Assembly: GCA_027482905.1 (NCBI GenBank)
Contig: JAIXVP010000091.1
Span: forward strand, 7,968 to 31,967
Direction of reading: 5' to 3'
Source: Opitutaceae bacterium
GTDB taxonomy: Bacteria > Verrucomicrobiota > Verrucomicrobiia > Opitutales > Opitutaceae
DNA length: 24,000 nt
A model generated the notes under the pieces. That model made no database searches, was not told the origin of the DNA, and saw nothing but the letters and a program-made list of their open reading frames with translations. Of this stretch, positions 8,001 through 14,857 are shown piece by piece (position 1 is the first letter of the stretch; every line of letters begins with the position of its first letter). The translations under genes and the position numbers were made by a program.

Positions 8001-11000
8001 ACCATTGATAGGTCGGCGAGCCGCCGGTGGCGGTCACGGTGAGGAACGCGTTGCGGGGGAAGAGCTGGGCGGTGGTGGAAGCGGGCTGGATGGTGATGGC
8101 CGGCGGGGCACCAATGGTGAGGGTCGCGGCCGTGCTGTCGGCCGTGCCGTGGGAATTGGACACGCGCACCCAGTAGGACGTGGTCGAGGTCAGGCCGGGT
8201 GGCGTGAAACTGGCGGCGGTGGCTCCGGCGACGGGCTGGGAGGTGTTACCCGCCGGTCCTCGAAACCACTGGTAGGCGAGCGGAGCCGGCCCTCCGGCCA
8301 CGACGAGCAGAGTGACGGTCTGGCCCGACAGCACGGTGGCGGAAGCGGGCTGACCGGTTATGCCGGGCTTGCGACTCAGCAACAAACTGTAACGGGAGGC
8401 GCCGGCGGTGTCGATCTGAACCGGGACGTAGCGATTGGTGGTGGTGCCATCGCCGAGCTGCCCGTTGACGTTGTAGCCGCAGGCCCAGAGCGAGCCGTCG
8501 GATTTAAGGAGAAAAACATGCAGGTCGCCCGCGAAGACGCGCCTGACCCCTGCGGCGAAATTGATGGGGGCGGTAAACACATTGCCCAGTTTCGGTCCTA
8601 TCTGGCCATAGTCGTTGTTGCCCAAGCCCCAGAGAGTGCCGTCCGTTTTCAGGTAGTAGTTGTTTCGTTCCCCGAGCGAGAAATCGATGACCTGGTCGGC
8701 GAGCTGGCGGGGCACGGGCCGGCTGGTCTGGGTGCCGTCGCCGAGCTGGCCATACCAGTTCCGCCCCATGGTCCAGAGGGTGCCGTCGGTCTTGAGGAAA
8801 AGCGTATGAAAGTAGCCGCCGCTTCGCACCGCCGCGACTCCGGACGCGACCTGGACGGGGACCGGGCGCCGGGTGGTGGTGCCATCGCCGAGCTGGCCTT
8901 CGGAGTTCCCGCCCACGCCCCAGAGCGTGCCGTCGGTTTTTAGGAACAGGGTGTTTTCCTGGCCCGCGGCGGCCTGAACGACGCCGGTGGCGAGCTGGAC
9001 CGGCGTGGCCCGGTCGGTGGTGGTGCCGTCGCCGAGCTGACCGGCGGTGTTGCGGCCCATCGCCCATAACGTGCCGTCCCTCTTCACAAACGTGCAGTGA
9101 TAAAACCCCATGGCGACGTGGGCGACATTGGTGGCGACCTGCACCGGTATGGAGCGGTCGGTGGATGTGCCGTCGCCGAGCTGGCCATAGCCGTTGTAGC
9201 CGCAGGTCCAGAGAGTGCCGTCGGATTTGAGGAAGGCCGTCTGACTCGAAGCCGAAACCTGGACCACATCGAAGACAGCCTGTGTCGGTGTGAGATGGTC
9301 GGTGGTGGTGCCGTCGGCGAGTTGTCCGCCGAAGTTTCCGCCCATGCCTTTGAGATTAAGCGCGGAGGAGGATTGCACCGCCACCGTCGCCCCGCTTTCG
9401 ACCGCGCCGACGTAGTTGGATACCCTTACCCAGAACGAACCGCCTTGGGTGAGGGGAGGAGTGAGGAACAGGGGGCCGGTCGCGCCCGCGACCGGCGCGG
9501 CGGTATCGCCAACAGCGCCGCGATACCATTGGTATGCGATGGTTCCGAAACCGCTCGCCTCGACCTTCAGCACGGCGTTCTCCATGGGGCCGACGGTCGA
9601 GTCGGACGGCGGCGCGAGGATCGTGGGCGGCGCCGGCCTCAGGACCGTAAGGAGCGTCGGGCGCGTGACGCTGCCCCGGCCATTGGTGAGATTGGCGATG
9701 GCAACGCCGTCGGTATAGGTGCCCTCCGGCAGGGTTCCGGCGGAGGGGGCCATGGTGACGGTGAGCGTGGTGGCGGCCCCGGGTGCGAGCTGACCGCCGG
9801 GAGATGAAAGGGTGAGCCAGGGCTGGGTCTTGAGCGCGGACCAGGTGATCGGAGTCTTGCTGAAGTTGGAGACGGTCCAAGTGGCGGAGGCGGGGTCGAA
9901 AGGCCCGCCGGCGGGACCGACGGGAGAGAATCCCGAAGGGCCGGCAACGAGTAGCTTGTCGAGCGCAAGCAGGGCCGAACGGGCGTTGAGGCGTCCGCCG
10001 GAAAGCGTGACGGAGGCGAGCGAGGGGCGGGGATCGACGGAGGAAAGCAGCAGGTGCTTCAACTGGGCGGCCGAAAGAGGCCCGGAGGCGTGTGAAAGCA
10101 CCAGCGCGGCGGTTCCGGCGACGTGGGGAGCGGCCATGGAGGTGCCGCTCATCGACTGATAGCCACCGTTGCGGACCGTGCTGTAGATGTTCAGACCTGG
10201 GGCGGCGAGATCGACGCTGGCGCCATAGTTGGAAAACACGGCGAGCTGATCGTCGTCGTCGGTCGCGGCCACCGAAACGATGTTGTCCAGTTCATAGCTG
10301 GCGGGGTAGCGCGGATCGAATTCCGAATCTATGCCATCGTTGCCGGCGCTGGCGACGAAGAGGCGCCCGGCCGCGCCTGCCGCGCCGATGGCGTCGCGCA
10401 GGGCCTGGGAGGAGCCGCCGCCGCCCCACGAGTTGGACGTCAGCTCGAAGCCCATGGCGGTGGCGTAGGAAACGGCCTCGACCGCGTCGGAGGTGAAGCC
10501 GGAACCGGGGGCGGAGAGAAATTTCAGGGGGACGAGGCTGACCTTCCAATTCACACCCACGACGCCGAGGGCATTTCCACCGACGGCGCCGATCGTGCCC
10601 GCGCAGTGGGTGCCGTGGTCATGGTCGTCCATGGGATCGTTGTCGTTGTTGAAAAAGTCCCAGCCATGCACGTCGTCCACGTAGCCGTTGCCGTCGTCAT
10701 CGACGAAGTTGCCGGCGATCTCGCCGGGGTTGGTCCAGATGTTGGCAGCGAGGTCGGGGTGGGTGTAGTCGATGCCGGTATCGATGACGCCGATCCGGAT
10801 GGAGCGGGAACCGGTGGCGATGTCCCAGGCTTCGGGGGCGTCGATATCGGCGTCGGCGGTGCCGCCGGTCTGGCCGGTGTTGTTCAGGCCGTAGAGTTGG
10901 GCGTAGGACGGGTCGTCGGGCGTGAGCGTCGTGTGGACGACAAAGTCCGGCTCGGCGATTTTCAGGAGGCCGCCGAGGTGGCGGAAATCGTCGATGGCGG

Positions 11001-11661
11001 CAGGAAGGGCGTCGAGGGTGCCGCCCGCAACGGCGACGAGCCAGGTGCCGGAGGCGGGTTTACTGGAGCGGACGGAACCTCCGGCGGCGGCGACGGCGGG
11101 CAGGAACGCCGCCTCGTCTACCCCGGGGGCGGGTTTGATGATGAGGTGGTCCGCCACCATGCCAAGCTGGGCGACGAGCGTGGCGCCGCCGGTGGCGGGA
11201 TCGAGTCGGTAAGCCTCCTCGAGACGGATAAAGGGATACTTTAGGCGGGCGTCGCGAACCAGCCGCACGCGCAGGCGCAGAGCGCGGTCGGGGAGGTCTT
11301 GCGCAGCCTCGGCAAGGACTTCGGCGCCGGCCCAGCGGTCGATCACGGCGGGCTTGGTCGATGAGGCGCGGAAATTGTCCGGCAGGCCCAAAAGACGCGG
11401 CAGGGGCTCCGGGGCGGGCGCGGCTCCGGGGACGGCAGGCGGGAGGGCGGCCGAGACAGGGCTCGCGGCCGGGGGAAGGACGGACACCGGCGTCGACGAA
11501 GCTCCGGCGGTCGTTGCGGTCGCCGGGGGCGGTGCGGGTTGGGAGGCGGCTAGCGAAATCGCCGGATTGCGCCGGGGTAGGGCCAACCAGAGACCTGCGA
11601 TACCTACGAGCAGGGCGAGCAGACCGGCGACGCCGCGGCGGGTGAAACGAGGGGAAGACAT
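4579..11661 (-). CDS. Giant (2360 aa) membrane-anchored or secreted S8 subtilisin-like serine peptidase with RCC1 beta-propellers and Ig-like domains
   Basis: The ATG is at 11661. The N-terminus has a hydrophobic anchor (GVAGLLALLVGIAGLWLAL) and a Pro/Ala-rich linker. A propeptide-like region ends in AEPDFVVH. The S8 triad motifs are GVIDTGIDYTHPDL, HGTHCAGTIGA and SGTSMAAPHVAG. These are followed by a beta-sandwich, six Ig-like domains with YQW[YF][RL]G, 21 RCC1-type blades (G.N..GQLGDGTT...P..V), and an Asp-rich C-terminal module. Confidence 0.9.
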   Translation of the reverse strand: MSSPRFTRRGVAGLLALLVGIAGLWLALPRRNPAISLAASQPAPPPATATTAGASSTPVSVLPPAASPVSAALPPAVPGAAPAPEPLPRLLGLPDNFRASSTKPAVIDRWAGAEVLAEAAQDLPDRALRLRVRLVRDARLKYPFIRLEEAYRLDPATGGATLVAQLGMVADHLIIKPAPGVDEAAFLPAVAAAGGSVRSSKPASGTWLVAVAGGTLDALPAAIDDFRHLGGLLKIAEPDFVVHTTLTPDDPSYAQLYGLNNTGQTGGTADADIDAPEAWDIATGSRSIRIGVIDTGIDYTHPDLAANIWTNPGEIAGNFVDDDGNGYVDDVHGWDFFNNDNDPMDDHDHGTHCAGTIGAVGGNALGVVGVNWKVSLVPLKFLSAPGSGFTSDAVEAVSYATAMGFELTSNSWGGGGSSQALRDAIGAAGAAGRLFVASAGNDGIDSEFDPRYPASYELDNIVSVAATDDDDQLAVFSNYGASVDLAAPGLNIYSTVRNGGYQSMSGTSMAAPHVAGTAALVLSHASGPLSAAQLKHLLLSSVDPRPSLASVTLSGGRLNARSALLALDKLLVAGPSGFSPVGPAGGPFDPASATWTVSNFSKTPITWSALKTQPWLTLSSPGGQLAPGAATTLTVTMAPSAGTLPEGTYTDGVAIANLTNGRGSVTRPTLLTVLRPAPPTILAPPSDSTVGPMENAVLKVEASGFGTIAYQWYRGAVGDTAAPVAGATGPLFLTPPLTQGGSFWVRVSNYVGAVESGATVAVQSSSALNLKGMGGNFGGQLADGTTTDHLTPTQAVFDVVQVSASSQTAFLKSDGTLWTCGYNGYGQLGDGTSTDRSIPVQVATNVAHVAMGFYHCTFVKRDGTLWAMGRNTAGQLGDGTTTDRATPVQLATGVVQAAAGQENTLFLKTDGTLWGVGGNSEGQLGDGTTTRRPVPVQVASGVAAVRSGGYFHTLFLKTDGTLWTMGRNWYGQLGDGTQTSRPVPRQLADQVIDFSLGERNNYYLKTDGTLWGLGNNDYGQIGPKLGNVFTAPINFAAGVRRVFAGDLHVFLLKSDGSLWACGYNVNGQLGDGTTTNRYVPVQIDTAGASRYSLLLSRKPGITGQPASATVLSGQTVTLLVVAGGPAPLAYQWFRGPAGNTSQPVAGATAASFTPPGLTSTTSYWVRVSNSHGTADSTAATLTIGAPPAITIQPASTTAQLFPRNAFLTVTATGGSPTYQWYRGAIGNTSAPVVGATSALLVVPSLTATTSFWVRITTVGGTVDSTAAAVTVPSPQSFNLLATGSNGSGQFGDGTAGSATVPRPVGAGVTHASAAYGHSLFVKSDGTLWAAGYNANGQLGDGTTTSRSTAVQISSQVARVSAGREHSLFLKTDGTLWGMGSNANNRFASGTTADRLSPVQIAAGVVHMSAGHRHSLFVKSDGTLWSVGENIYGQLGDGTTVSRSTPIQVATGVVQCAAGSDHSIFLKVDGSLWGMGYNYEGALGDGTSYSRLTPVLTNTGVTSIAAGIRTSFFIKADGSLWASGQNTDNKLGDGTYTNRLTPVQISTGVVQVFTGYYHNLFLKTNGSLWGMGNNYSGALGDGTTTSRAIPVQVATGIGNAVPGNFFSFFFSLKPAFVTQPAPASILYGESTTLSVVVNDQSPLTYQWYLGQAGSTTSPVAGATGASFTTPALTAPTSYWVRVTNSLGLTADSTTASVTVILNTPPSITAQPVPVATPFFASASFAVGAAGGTLSYQWYRGLSGDTSAPVSGANGPMLLTPPLLATTSYWVRVSNPVSAINSDTVTATVTPRPALNLKASGQNDYGQLGDGTTTQRNAPVSVATDVVAASTSSGHTLFIKTNATLWAVGNNNHGQLGDSTTTSRLTPVQVATNVIACFADSEISLFLKSDGSLWGMGYNSYWRLGSGSASNIQTPIQIATGVAHFAVGYTHTLFVKNDGTMWGMGTNFDGQLGIGAATGSTVPVQIAAGVSRVEARGQSSFFIKTNGTLWAMGDNYGGQLGDGTSTDIRSPVQISSDVISVATGGGHTLLIKRGGVLLGMGYRIGLGLPDTSLYMTPTQLATGITHAAAGFDHSKFIKTDGGLWAMGNNVAGQHGDGTTAWRYTPVQVSLAVLDVSLAYYHSLFLQSPPPNITSHPTSRTVKAGDVVSLTVAAVSPITASYQWYRGLSGDLTQPIASATSANYVTAPITTTNSYWVRVTNALGTADSQAALVTVLPPPDSDSDGLPDAWETAHGLDPASSLAEHGRLGDPDGDGRSNLLEYAFGLDPQVTDASAALSCVTSAHPTTGQPHLVFTHRRLLNPGGLTYTVVTSTDLLAWAAPAVAPEVLSTVANPDGVTETVTLRIHPALSIAPAFVRVIVTTP
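5020..9640 (-). repeat. Three tandem supermodules of about 1.5 kb, each encoding Ig-like domain, 7-bladed RCC1 propeller, Ig-like domain
   Basis: Approximate unit bounds are 8110..9640, 6560..8107 and 5020..6559. I counted 7 blades in each propeller from the translated protein. YQW[YF][RL]G markers lie near 9520, 8265, 8000, 6725, 6455 and 5180. A 20-nt exact repeat gccgcgataccattgatagg occurs at 6445..6464 and 7993..8012. Otherwise the units look diverged. Confidence 0.8.
9980..10860 (-). other. S8 peptidase catalytic domain within the giant ORF (approximate bounds)
   Basis: I mapped the catalytic codons by hand. Asp294 is at 10782..10780 (IDTG), His349 at 10617..10615 (HGTH) and Ser508 at 10140..10138 (GTSMA). 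The Asn of the oxyanion region is consistent with SNSWGG. Confidence 0.85.
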
Positions 11662-11938
11662 GCGACGGCGGGCTCGACCAGTTTATTAAGTAGATTTAGT
11701 CAGACCCGACTGGGAACAGAATGCAGCCGGCTTACAAGTATCTTACCGCATGACACATCGGTTAAATGGGAAAACACGGTTGTTTGCACACTTGTCTGTG
11801 GCTTCGGTCCGCAAAAACGGAGAATCCGAAGAAAACCCACACATGGACACGCCTGTCCGGGCCGCATCGAAAAGAGTGGAATCACGGGTTGGAATGCGGC
11901 GCGAAGGAGGATTTAGAAAACCAATCCCAAACCATCCC
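11662..11938. promoter_or_regulatory. Divergent intergenic region between the S8 giant gene (minus) and the SIMPL gene (plus); presumably holds both promoters
   Basis: This 277-nt stretch is conspicuously more AT-rich than anything else in the window (ttattaagtagatttagtcag...). It contains an imperfect hairpin at 11802..11831 (cttcgg-tccg-caaaaa-cgga-gaat-ccgaag). I could not call confident -35/-10 boxes. Confidence 0.4.
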
Positions 11939-12649
11939 ATGATCACCACCCGCTCCTTCGCCGTGCTCGGCGCCTTTCTGGCCATAGGACTGGCGATTTT
12001 TGGGTATCAAGTCGGGCGGGCAGTGAAGCTGGGGCGGGAGTTCGACCGGTATTTTACCGTGCGTGGTCTGTCCGAGCGGGAGGTCAAGGCGACCCTCGTC
12101 ATCTGGCCCATGCGCACCATCGCGACCGGCGAAACTCTGGCCGAGTTGCAGGCCTCCATTGCGGACGCCAAGGCCGTCGTGACCGCTTTCCTGCACGAAA
12201 ACGGCGTGCCGCAGGAGGAGATCATTTATGGCCTGCCGGATATCAGCGACACCATCGGCTCGCGAAAGAAGGACGATGTGGTGGTCCTGCCCCGCTACAA
12301 CGCCACGATCATCCTGGTGGTCCGCAGCCGGAATGTGGACCTGGTGAAGAGCGCCATACAAAAATCGGAAGCGCTGATCGCGAAGGGCGTGCCGCTGGCG
12401 AACCCGGAATACGGCCAGCGGGTTTCCTTCGAGTTCGACGGCGTGAACGCGCTCAAGCCCGCCATGATCCAGGAGGCGACAGCCAACGCCCGGCAAGCGG
12501 CGGAGAGATTCGCCGAAGACTCGCAGGCGGAGGTCGGGGCGATCCGCAAGGCGACGCAAGGGGTGGTGGACATTCAGGACCGCGACATCGCGTCACCTGA
12601 ACTCAAAATCGTGCGCGTCGTCACGACGGTGGAGTTTTTCATCAAGTAG
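11939..12649 (+). CDS. SIMPL-domain (DUF541, YggE-like) protein with an N-terminal membrane anchor
   Basis: The ATG at 11939 gives MITTRSFAVLGAFLAIGLAIFGYQVG (anchor). It is followed by FTVRGLSEREVKATLVIWP and a C-terminal GAIRKATQGVV...V.V.F, typical of SIMPL-domain proteins of about 236 aa. The track ORF start at 11750 was rejected because it adds 63 aa with no support. Confidence 0.75.
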   Translation: MITTRSFAVLGAFLAIGLAIFGYQVGRAVKLGREFDRYFTVRGLSEREVKATLVIWPMRTIATGETLAELQASIADAKAVVTAFLHENGVPQEEIIYGLPDISDTIGSRKKDDVVVLPRYNATIILVVRSRNVDLVKSAIQKSEALIAKGVPLANPEYGQRVSFEFDGVNALKPAMIQEATANARQAAERFAEDSQAEVGAIRKATQGVVDIQDRDIASPELKIVRVVTTVEFFIK

Positions 12650-12663
12650 ACCGACGGCCTTGT

Positions 12664-14736
12664 TCACCACGCGTAGGAGAGTTCTGCGCGGATGAGACGG
12701 GGCGGGGCGAGGCCCACCACGCCGCCGGCGGTGCGACCGGTCTGGGTCTCGGCGTCGAGCAGGTTTTCCACCGCGAAGGTGAGCCGTAGGCGGGGCGTGG
12801 GGGAAACGTGGACGGCGAGGTCGAGCCGCGTCGAAGGCGCGAGGGCGAGGGTGTTCAAATCGTCCTCGTATTGGGCCGAGACGCTGCGGATGCGCAGGTC
12901 GAGATCGAGAACGCGCGCGGCCCGCCAGGTCGCGCCGGCGGACAGGGTGTGGCGGGGCACTTGGGCGAGGCGTTTGCCGTCAAGGGCGTCGGCGCCGGGA
13001 CCGCCGGAGCGCACCCGGGCGTCGGACAGCAGATAGTCGGCGTCGAGCCGCAAGGCGGGGATGGGTTGCCAACGGCCGCCGAGTTCGAGACCGCGCACGC
13101 GGACGGCGTCAAGATTGCGGCGCTCGCGCAGAGTCGGGGAGAGCGAGACGTTCGCGACCGCGTCGGCGAGGTCGTTCTGGAACACGGTCGCTCGCAGGGC
13201 GTGGCGGGCGGCGGGCGGCGCGTATTCGAGGCCGACCTCGCCGCCAAACAGCGTCTCGGGATCGAGGGCGGGGTTGGCCTGGGTCGTGACGGGACCGACG
13301 CGAAAGGGCCGGTAAAGCTCGTTCAAGGTCGGCGTGCGGTAGGCGGAGTAGGCGGCGGCGCGGGCGGTGATCGCGGGCGTAGCGCGCCAGGCGAGGCCAA
13401 GGCTGGGCGAAAAGGCGAGGTCCTCGCGGCCGGCGTAGGTCTCGTCCAGCAGGCGGGCGCCGGTGGCGCGGGTGGTCTCGCGGCGAAAGCCGTCCGCGCG
13501 GGTGGTGGAGTCGAGGCGCGCGCCGCCGGTGAGGACCAGGCCGTCGGTGAGCGGGCGGGCGTGGGTGGCGAAGACGCCGGCCGTGGTCTGCGCGCCGCCG
13601 GCCCGCCGCTCGCGGGTGAAAGCGCCCGCATTGTAGAAAAAATACTCGCGGGTCTCGCCGTCCACCCGGCGGGCGTCGATGCCGAGGGTGGTGAGGGAAG
13701 CGTCGCCGTCGGCGAGCGCGGCGGGGTCGCCCCAAGCCGCCTGGACGGAGACGCCGGCGGCGGTGGAAGGCACCGCGTATTGGTCGCTCGCCGGGGTCTC
13801 GACCGTGCGGGCGGCGTTGATCGCGCCGAAGGTGCTTTGAAAATCCTGCCGCTGCGCGTGAAGCGAGACCGACCAGGCGGGGCCCCCGGGGGCGGCGCCG
13901 GCGAGGGTGGCGGCGACGGAGGCCTCGTCGGAGGCGTTGCGCTGGTAGGGCGTGCCGTTGCCACGCTCCTCGCGCCAGGCGCGGGCGACGGCGGTCAGCG
14001 TGGTGGTTTCGTCGATACGGCGGGCCCAGGTTAACTGCCCGCGCCGGTGCTCGGAATCGGCGGCGAGGTCGACCGGGCCGGGATCGCGGACGAGGCGGGG
14101 GCCGGCGGTGGAGAAGGCGGCGGCTTCGACCCGGAAGGCATCGCGGCCGGAGGCGGTCCCGAGCGTGGCGGTGGTGTCGATGGCGCGGGTCTCGAAATCC
14201 CCGACCGTGGCGGAAACCGCGCCGCCCGTCGGCGCGTCGAGCGGGGACGCGGAGATCAACTGCACCACGCCCCCGAGTGAGGCGCCGCCCCAGGCGGCCG
14301 AGCCGCCGCCGCGCACCAGCTCCACACTTTCCAGCGAGGCGGAAGGAAGTTTGGACCAGGCGACCCAGCCGCCGAAGGGGTCGTTGACCGGCACGCCGTC
14401 GAGCAGCACGAGGGCGCGGCTGGCGCCGCTCGGGCCGATGCCGCGCAGGGAAACGCCTTGCGCGGTAGGATTGGCGGTCAGGGAGCCGGCGCGGCGGAAG
14501 AGCGAAAAGGCGGCGGAGCGGCGCAGGGCGTCGTCGAGGACGAGCGCCGGCCCGTTGCGCAGGGTTTCGGCCGAGAAAACATCCACCGTCAGCGGTAGCG
14601 TAGTCGGCTCCTGCGGCAGGCGGGTAGCGGTGACGACGACGGGCGGCAGCGGGGTGGGCGCGGACTCCTCCGCCCGGGAAAGCGGAAGGCAGACGGCGAC
14701 TAGGCAGGCCAGAAACACGGGACGCGGGGTGGGCAC
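12664..14736 (-). CDS. TonB-dependent outer-membrane receptor, substrate unknown
   Basis: The GTG start at 14736 gives the signal peptide MPTPRPVFLACLVAVCLPLSRA. A TonB-box-like PPVVVTATR is present. Plug motifs are GVSLRGIGPSGASRALVLLDGVPVNDPFGG. The long beta-barrel region ends in the terminal aromatic ...AELSYAW. Confidence 0.9.
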   Translation of the reverse strand: MPTPRPVFLACLVAVCLPLSRAEESAPTPLPPVVVTATRLPQEPTTLPLTVDVFSAETLRNGPALVLDDALRRSAAFSLFRRAGSLTANPTAQGVSLRGIGPSGASRALVLLDGVPVNDPFGGWVAWSKLPSASLESVELVRGGGSAAWGGASLGGVVQLISASPLDAPTGGAVSATVGDFETRAIDTTATLGTASGRDAFRVEAAAFSTAGPRLVRDPGPVDLAADSEHRRGQLTWARRIDETTTLTAVARAWREERGNGTPYQRNASDEASVAATLAGAAPGGPAWSVSLHAQRQDFQSTFGAINAARTVETPASDQYAVPSTAAGVSVQAAWGDPAALADGDASLTTLGIDARRVDGETREYFFYNAGAFTRERRAGGAQTTAGVFATHARPLTDGLVLTGGARLDSTTRADGFRRETTRATGARLLDETYAGREDLAFSPSLGLAWRATPAITARAAAYSAYRTPTLNELYRPFRVGPVTTQANPALDPETLFGGEVGLEYAPPAARHALRATVFQNDLADAVANVSLSPTLRERRNLDAVRVRGLELGGRWQPIPALRLDADYLLSDARVRSGGPGADALDGKRLAQVPRHTLSAGATWRAARVLDLDLRIRSVSAQYEDDLNTLALAPSTRLDLAVHVSPTPRLRLTFAVENLLDAETQTGRTAGGVVGLAPPRLIRAELSYAW

Positions 14737-14857
14737 GGGGCCAAACGTGTCGAAAGGGACGGTTCCGGGGCAATCCCGCTCGGATTGAACGGAGGATTTC
14801 TAACTGGATGAAGGCGGGCGGCGCGCCAAACGGGCGGTTCGGGTGTCTGTTTAAGGC
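14737..14857. promoter_or_regulatory. Divergent intergenic region between the TonB-dependent receptor (minus) and the PL1-like giant gene (plus)
   Basis: 121 nt separate two diverging start codons (GTG 14736, GTG 14858). No recognisable riboswitch core or operator palindrome was seen by eye. Confidence 0.35.

Noticed and set aside
6119-8005. 628-aa minus-strand ORF in an alternative frame of the giant gene
   Set aside because: Its composition is extreme Arg/His/Pro/Gly and it is fully nested in the S8/RCC1 CDS, whose own frame has clear domain homology.
5020-9640. Regular periodic repeats that could be mistaken for a CRISPR array or a satellite
   Set aside because: The periodicity is that of protein-coding blades (about 144 nt) and Ig domains within one intact ORF. 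There is no repeat-spacer structure with identical short repeats, and no cas genes are present.
11750-11938. Upstream extension of the SIMPL ORF, and small ORFs at 11700..11885 and 11743..11985 (-)
   Set aside because: They lie in the AT-rich intergenic region with no homology signal. The SIMPL membrane anchor starts right at the ATG at 11939.
13109-14773. 554-aa minus-strand ORF, plus a 408-aa plus-strand ORF at 12808..14034, overlapping the TonB-dependent receptor
   Set aside because: Both are Arg/Pro-rich or Gly/Ala-rich low complexity. The receptor frame has a signal peptide, TonB box, plug motifs and a terminal aromatic residue, so it is the coding frame.
14737-14857. Possible cobalamin or other riboswitch in the leader of the TonB-dependent receptor
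   Set aside because: The leader is only 121 nt and is shared with a divergent gene. I could not see a B12-box-like core or a multi-stem architecture. An Infernal scan would be needed to be sure.
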